Source of the DNA: a virus
IMG/VR virus record: IMGVR_UViG_3300028805_000116
Length of the DNA: 64,000 nucleotides
Strand: one strand, 5' to 3'
Below the pieces are notes generated by a model. The model did no database searches. It was not told the DNA's origin and worked only from the letters and a program-made list of their open reading frames with translations. Of this stretch, positions 62,743 to 64,000 are shown one piece after another. The position numbers were made by a program, and so were the translations under genes. Numbering within the stretch: position 1 is the first letter of the stretch; each line of letters opens with the position of its first letter.

Positions 62743-64000
62743 TCCTTTAGGTAAATAATATAAAAGTCTGATTTAGTCTAAAGCTGAAATTACGTTTATA
62801 AGTAAACATACAAAAGCAAACAACAACACTAATGGAACTCATACAATAGGGCATATAACACACAATGCTGTCATAGCAAAGGCTGCCACAAATATACAAA
62901 TAGTAATTAAAAGTCAGATTATTATTTTCATTTCCATAGGTAAATAATATAAAAGTCTGATTATAATGTAATAATATCTCCATCAACAAGGAACACATCA
63001 AATACATTATCTACTTTAATATGTTCGACTTTACTATCCCATCTCCTGATGTCTGGAATTGCCATATTCCAAATCTCTCCTAATTCATATTCAAACGAAA
63101 ATCATAATTCTGATTTCTTTTCTTTCCATCCCCACCATTTCTTGTAGTATGGTTTCCAATATTCTCAACCAGTGACTATATGGTTTTTGAATTTTTTTAA
63201 TCTTCGTTTCATACTTTAATATTACTAAGTAAAAAATCCTCTAACTTATCTTCATCACATAAGGCACTTTCTATCAAGTAGTATTGGTATTCATTTTCTA
63301 ATATACATCTATCTCAATTGGTTTTCCCATCTCGTTGCCAAATATGTTCTTCATATCAAGGTCTTTTTGGTCGCATTCCATTCTCACACACGAATTGCCA
63401 TAGTCAGCTTTCTTTCGCAACCAATGCTCTAATAGATTTTTCATAAAAAGTTAATCAGAATATAGTTCTTTTAGAAAAACTAATATATTTAGTTGTATAA
63501 TAAGCATTTCTTAAATGTGGTATTCATCGTGGTTTCCACCCTCTTTGGATAAGTCTATTCAATAGTTGTTCTAATTCGTCTACCATAGGTTATAAACTAA
63601 GTAAATAAATAACAGTTTCTCCTGCCGCTACACTAATAAACATCCCACCTAATACAAACCACCAAGTGAATAAATCATATTTGCATTGTATATGCCAACA
63701 TATAAAAAATACAATCATTGAGACAGATACTCAAGTTATAAATATTTCTCTTGTCATAGGTTATTAAATTAAGTAAATAAATCTGACTACTCTCTATAAT
63801 CATCATAAACCTCTAATGTCCATTGTCATTTTATATCTTTACCAATTATAATTTCATAATCTTTTTCCTCTACAAGTTTTAATAATTCTTCAAGAGTATT
63901 TATCTCTATATCTTTATATTTTCAAAAGTTATGTGTATAATGTAATTTGAATTTCATTCTGATTTTTATTTAAGATATGAAATAAGGTCTTCAATAGGTG

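Noticed and set aside
62747-63007. Track ORF 62747-63007 (-), 86 aa
   Set aside because: Cys/Phe/Tyr-rich nonsense composition. It spans two copies of the intergenic repeat and disagrees in frame with the small genes decoded around it.
1-64000. TGA = Trp (translation table 4, Mollicutes-type) as the explanation for in-frame TGA
   Set aside because: It would turn the terminase P-loop into WPRWWGKS and the RecA-like P-loop into AESNSWKT. It would also place Trp in beta-helix fibre repeat positions that align with Gly/Ala/Ser. TGG is still used abundantly for Trp.

Overview
The window is dominated by a ~60 kb phage-like genome segment that is only interpretable if TGA is read as a sense codon, most likely glycine (translation table 25, the code of Gracilibacteria/Absconditabacteria-type CPR bacteria). 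In the standard code almost nothing longer than 150 aa survives, yet coherent stop-free frames of 1-10 kb appear once TGA is read through, and only TAA/TAG terminate. Conserved glycine positions are encoded by TGA: the terminase Walker A GPRGGGKS, a RecA-family Walker A AESNSGKTT, and G/A/S-aligned positions in tail-fibre repeats.

Layout:
- 1-1500: an extremely AT-rich (~12 % GC) flank with minus-strand Asn/Lys/Ile-rich ORFs that also use in-frame TGA.
- 1500-1850: a non-coding structured region.
- 1900-4140: a minus-strand replication/recombination module, including a Sak4/RecA-like ATPase.
- 4490-50240: one long plus-strand block. It holds terminase large subunit, a 1022-aa protein, a giant 3402-aa polyvalent-like protein, a putative portal, scaffold-like and capsid-like genes, a 775-aa structural protein, four tail-fibre genes (one 1577 aa with a FISUMP-like domain), two LamG-like paralogues each followed by a tRNA-like cloverleaf, membrane proteins, a papain-like peptidase, a holin, and an NrdD-like glycyl-radical mini-protein plus NrdH-like glutaredoxin.
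- 50470-64000: a convergent minus-strand block of small genes, including an ECF-like sigma factor, PD-(D/E)XK/YqaJ-like nucleases and an SPFH/prohibitin-like protein, punctuated by a repeated intergenic motif.

A conserved promoter-like motif recurs on the plus strand. All coordinates come from hand translation of the sequence. Gene ends were anchored by frame arithmetic, but some boundaries may be off by a codon or more.
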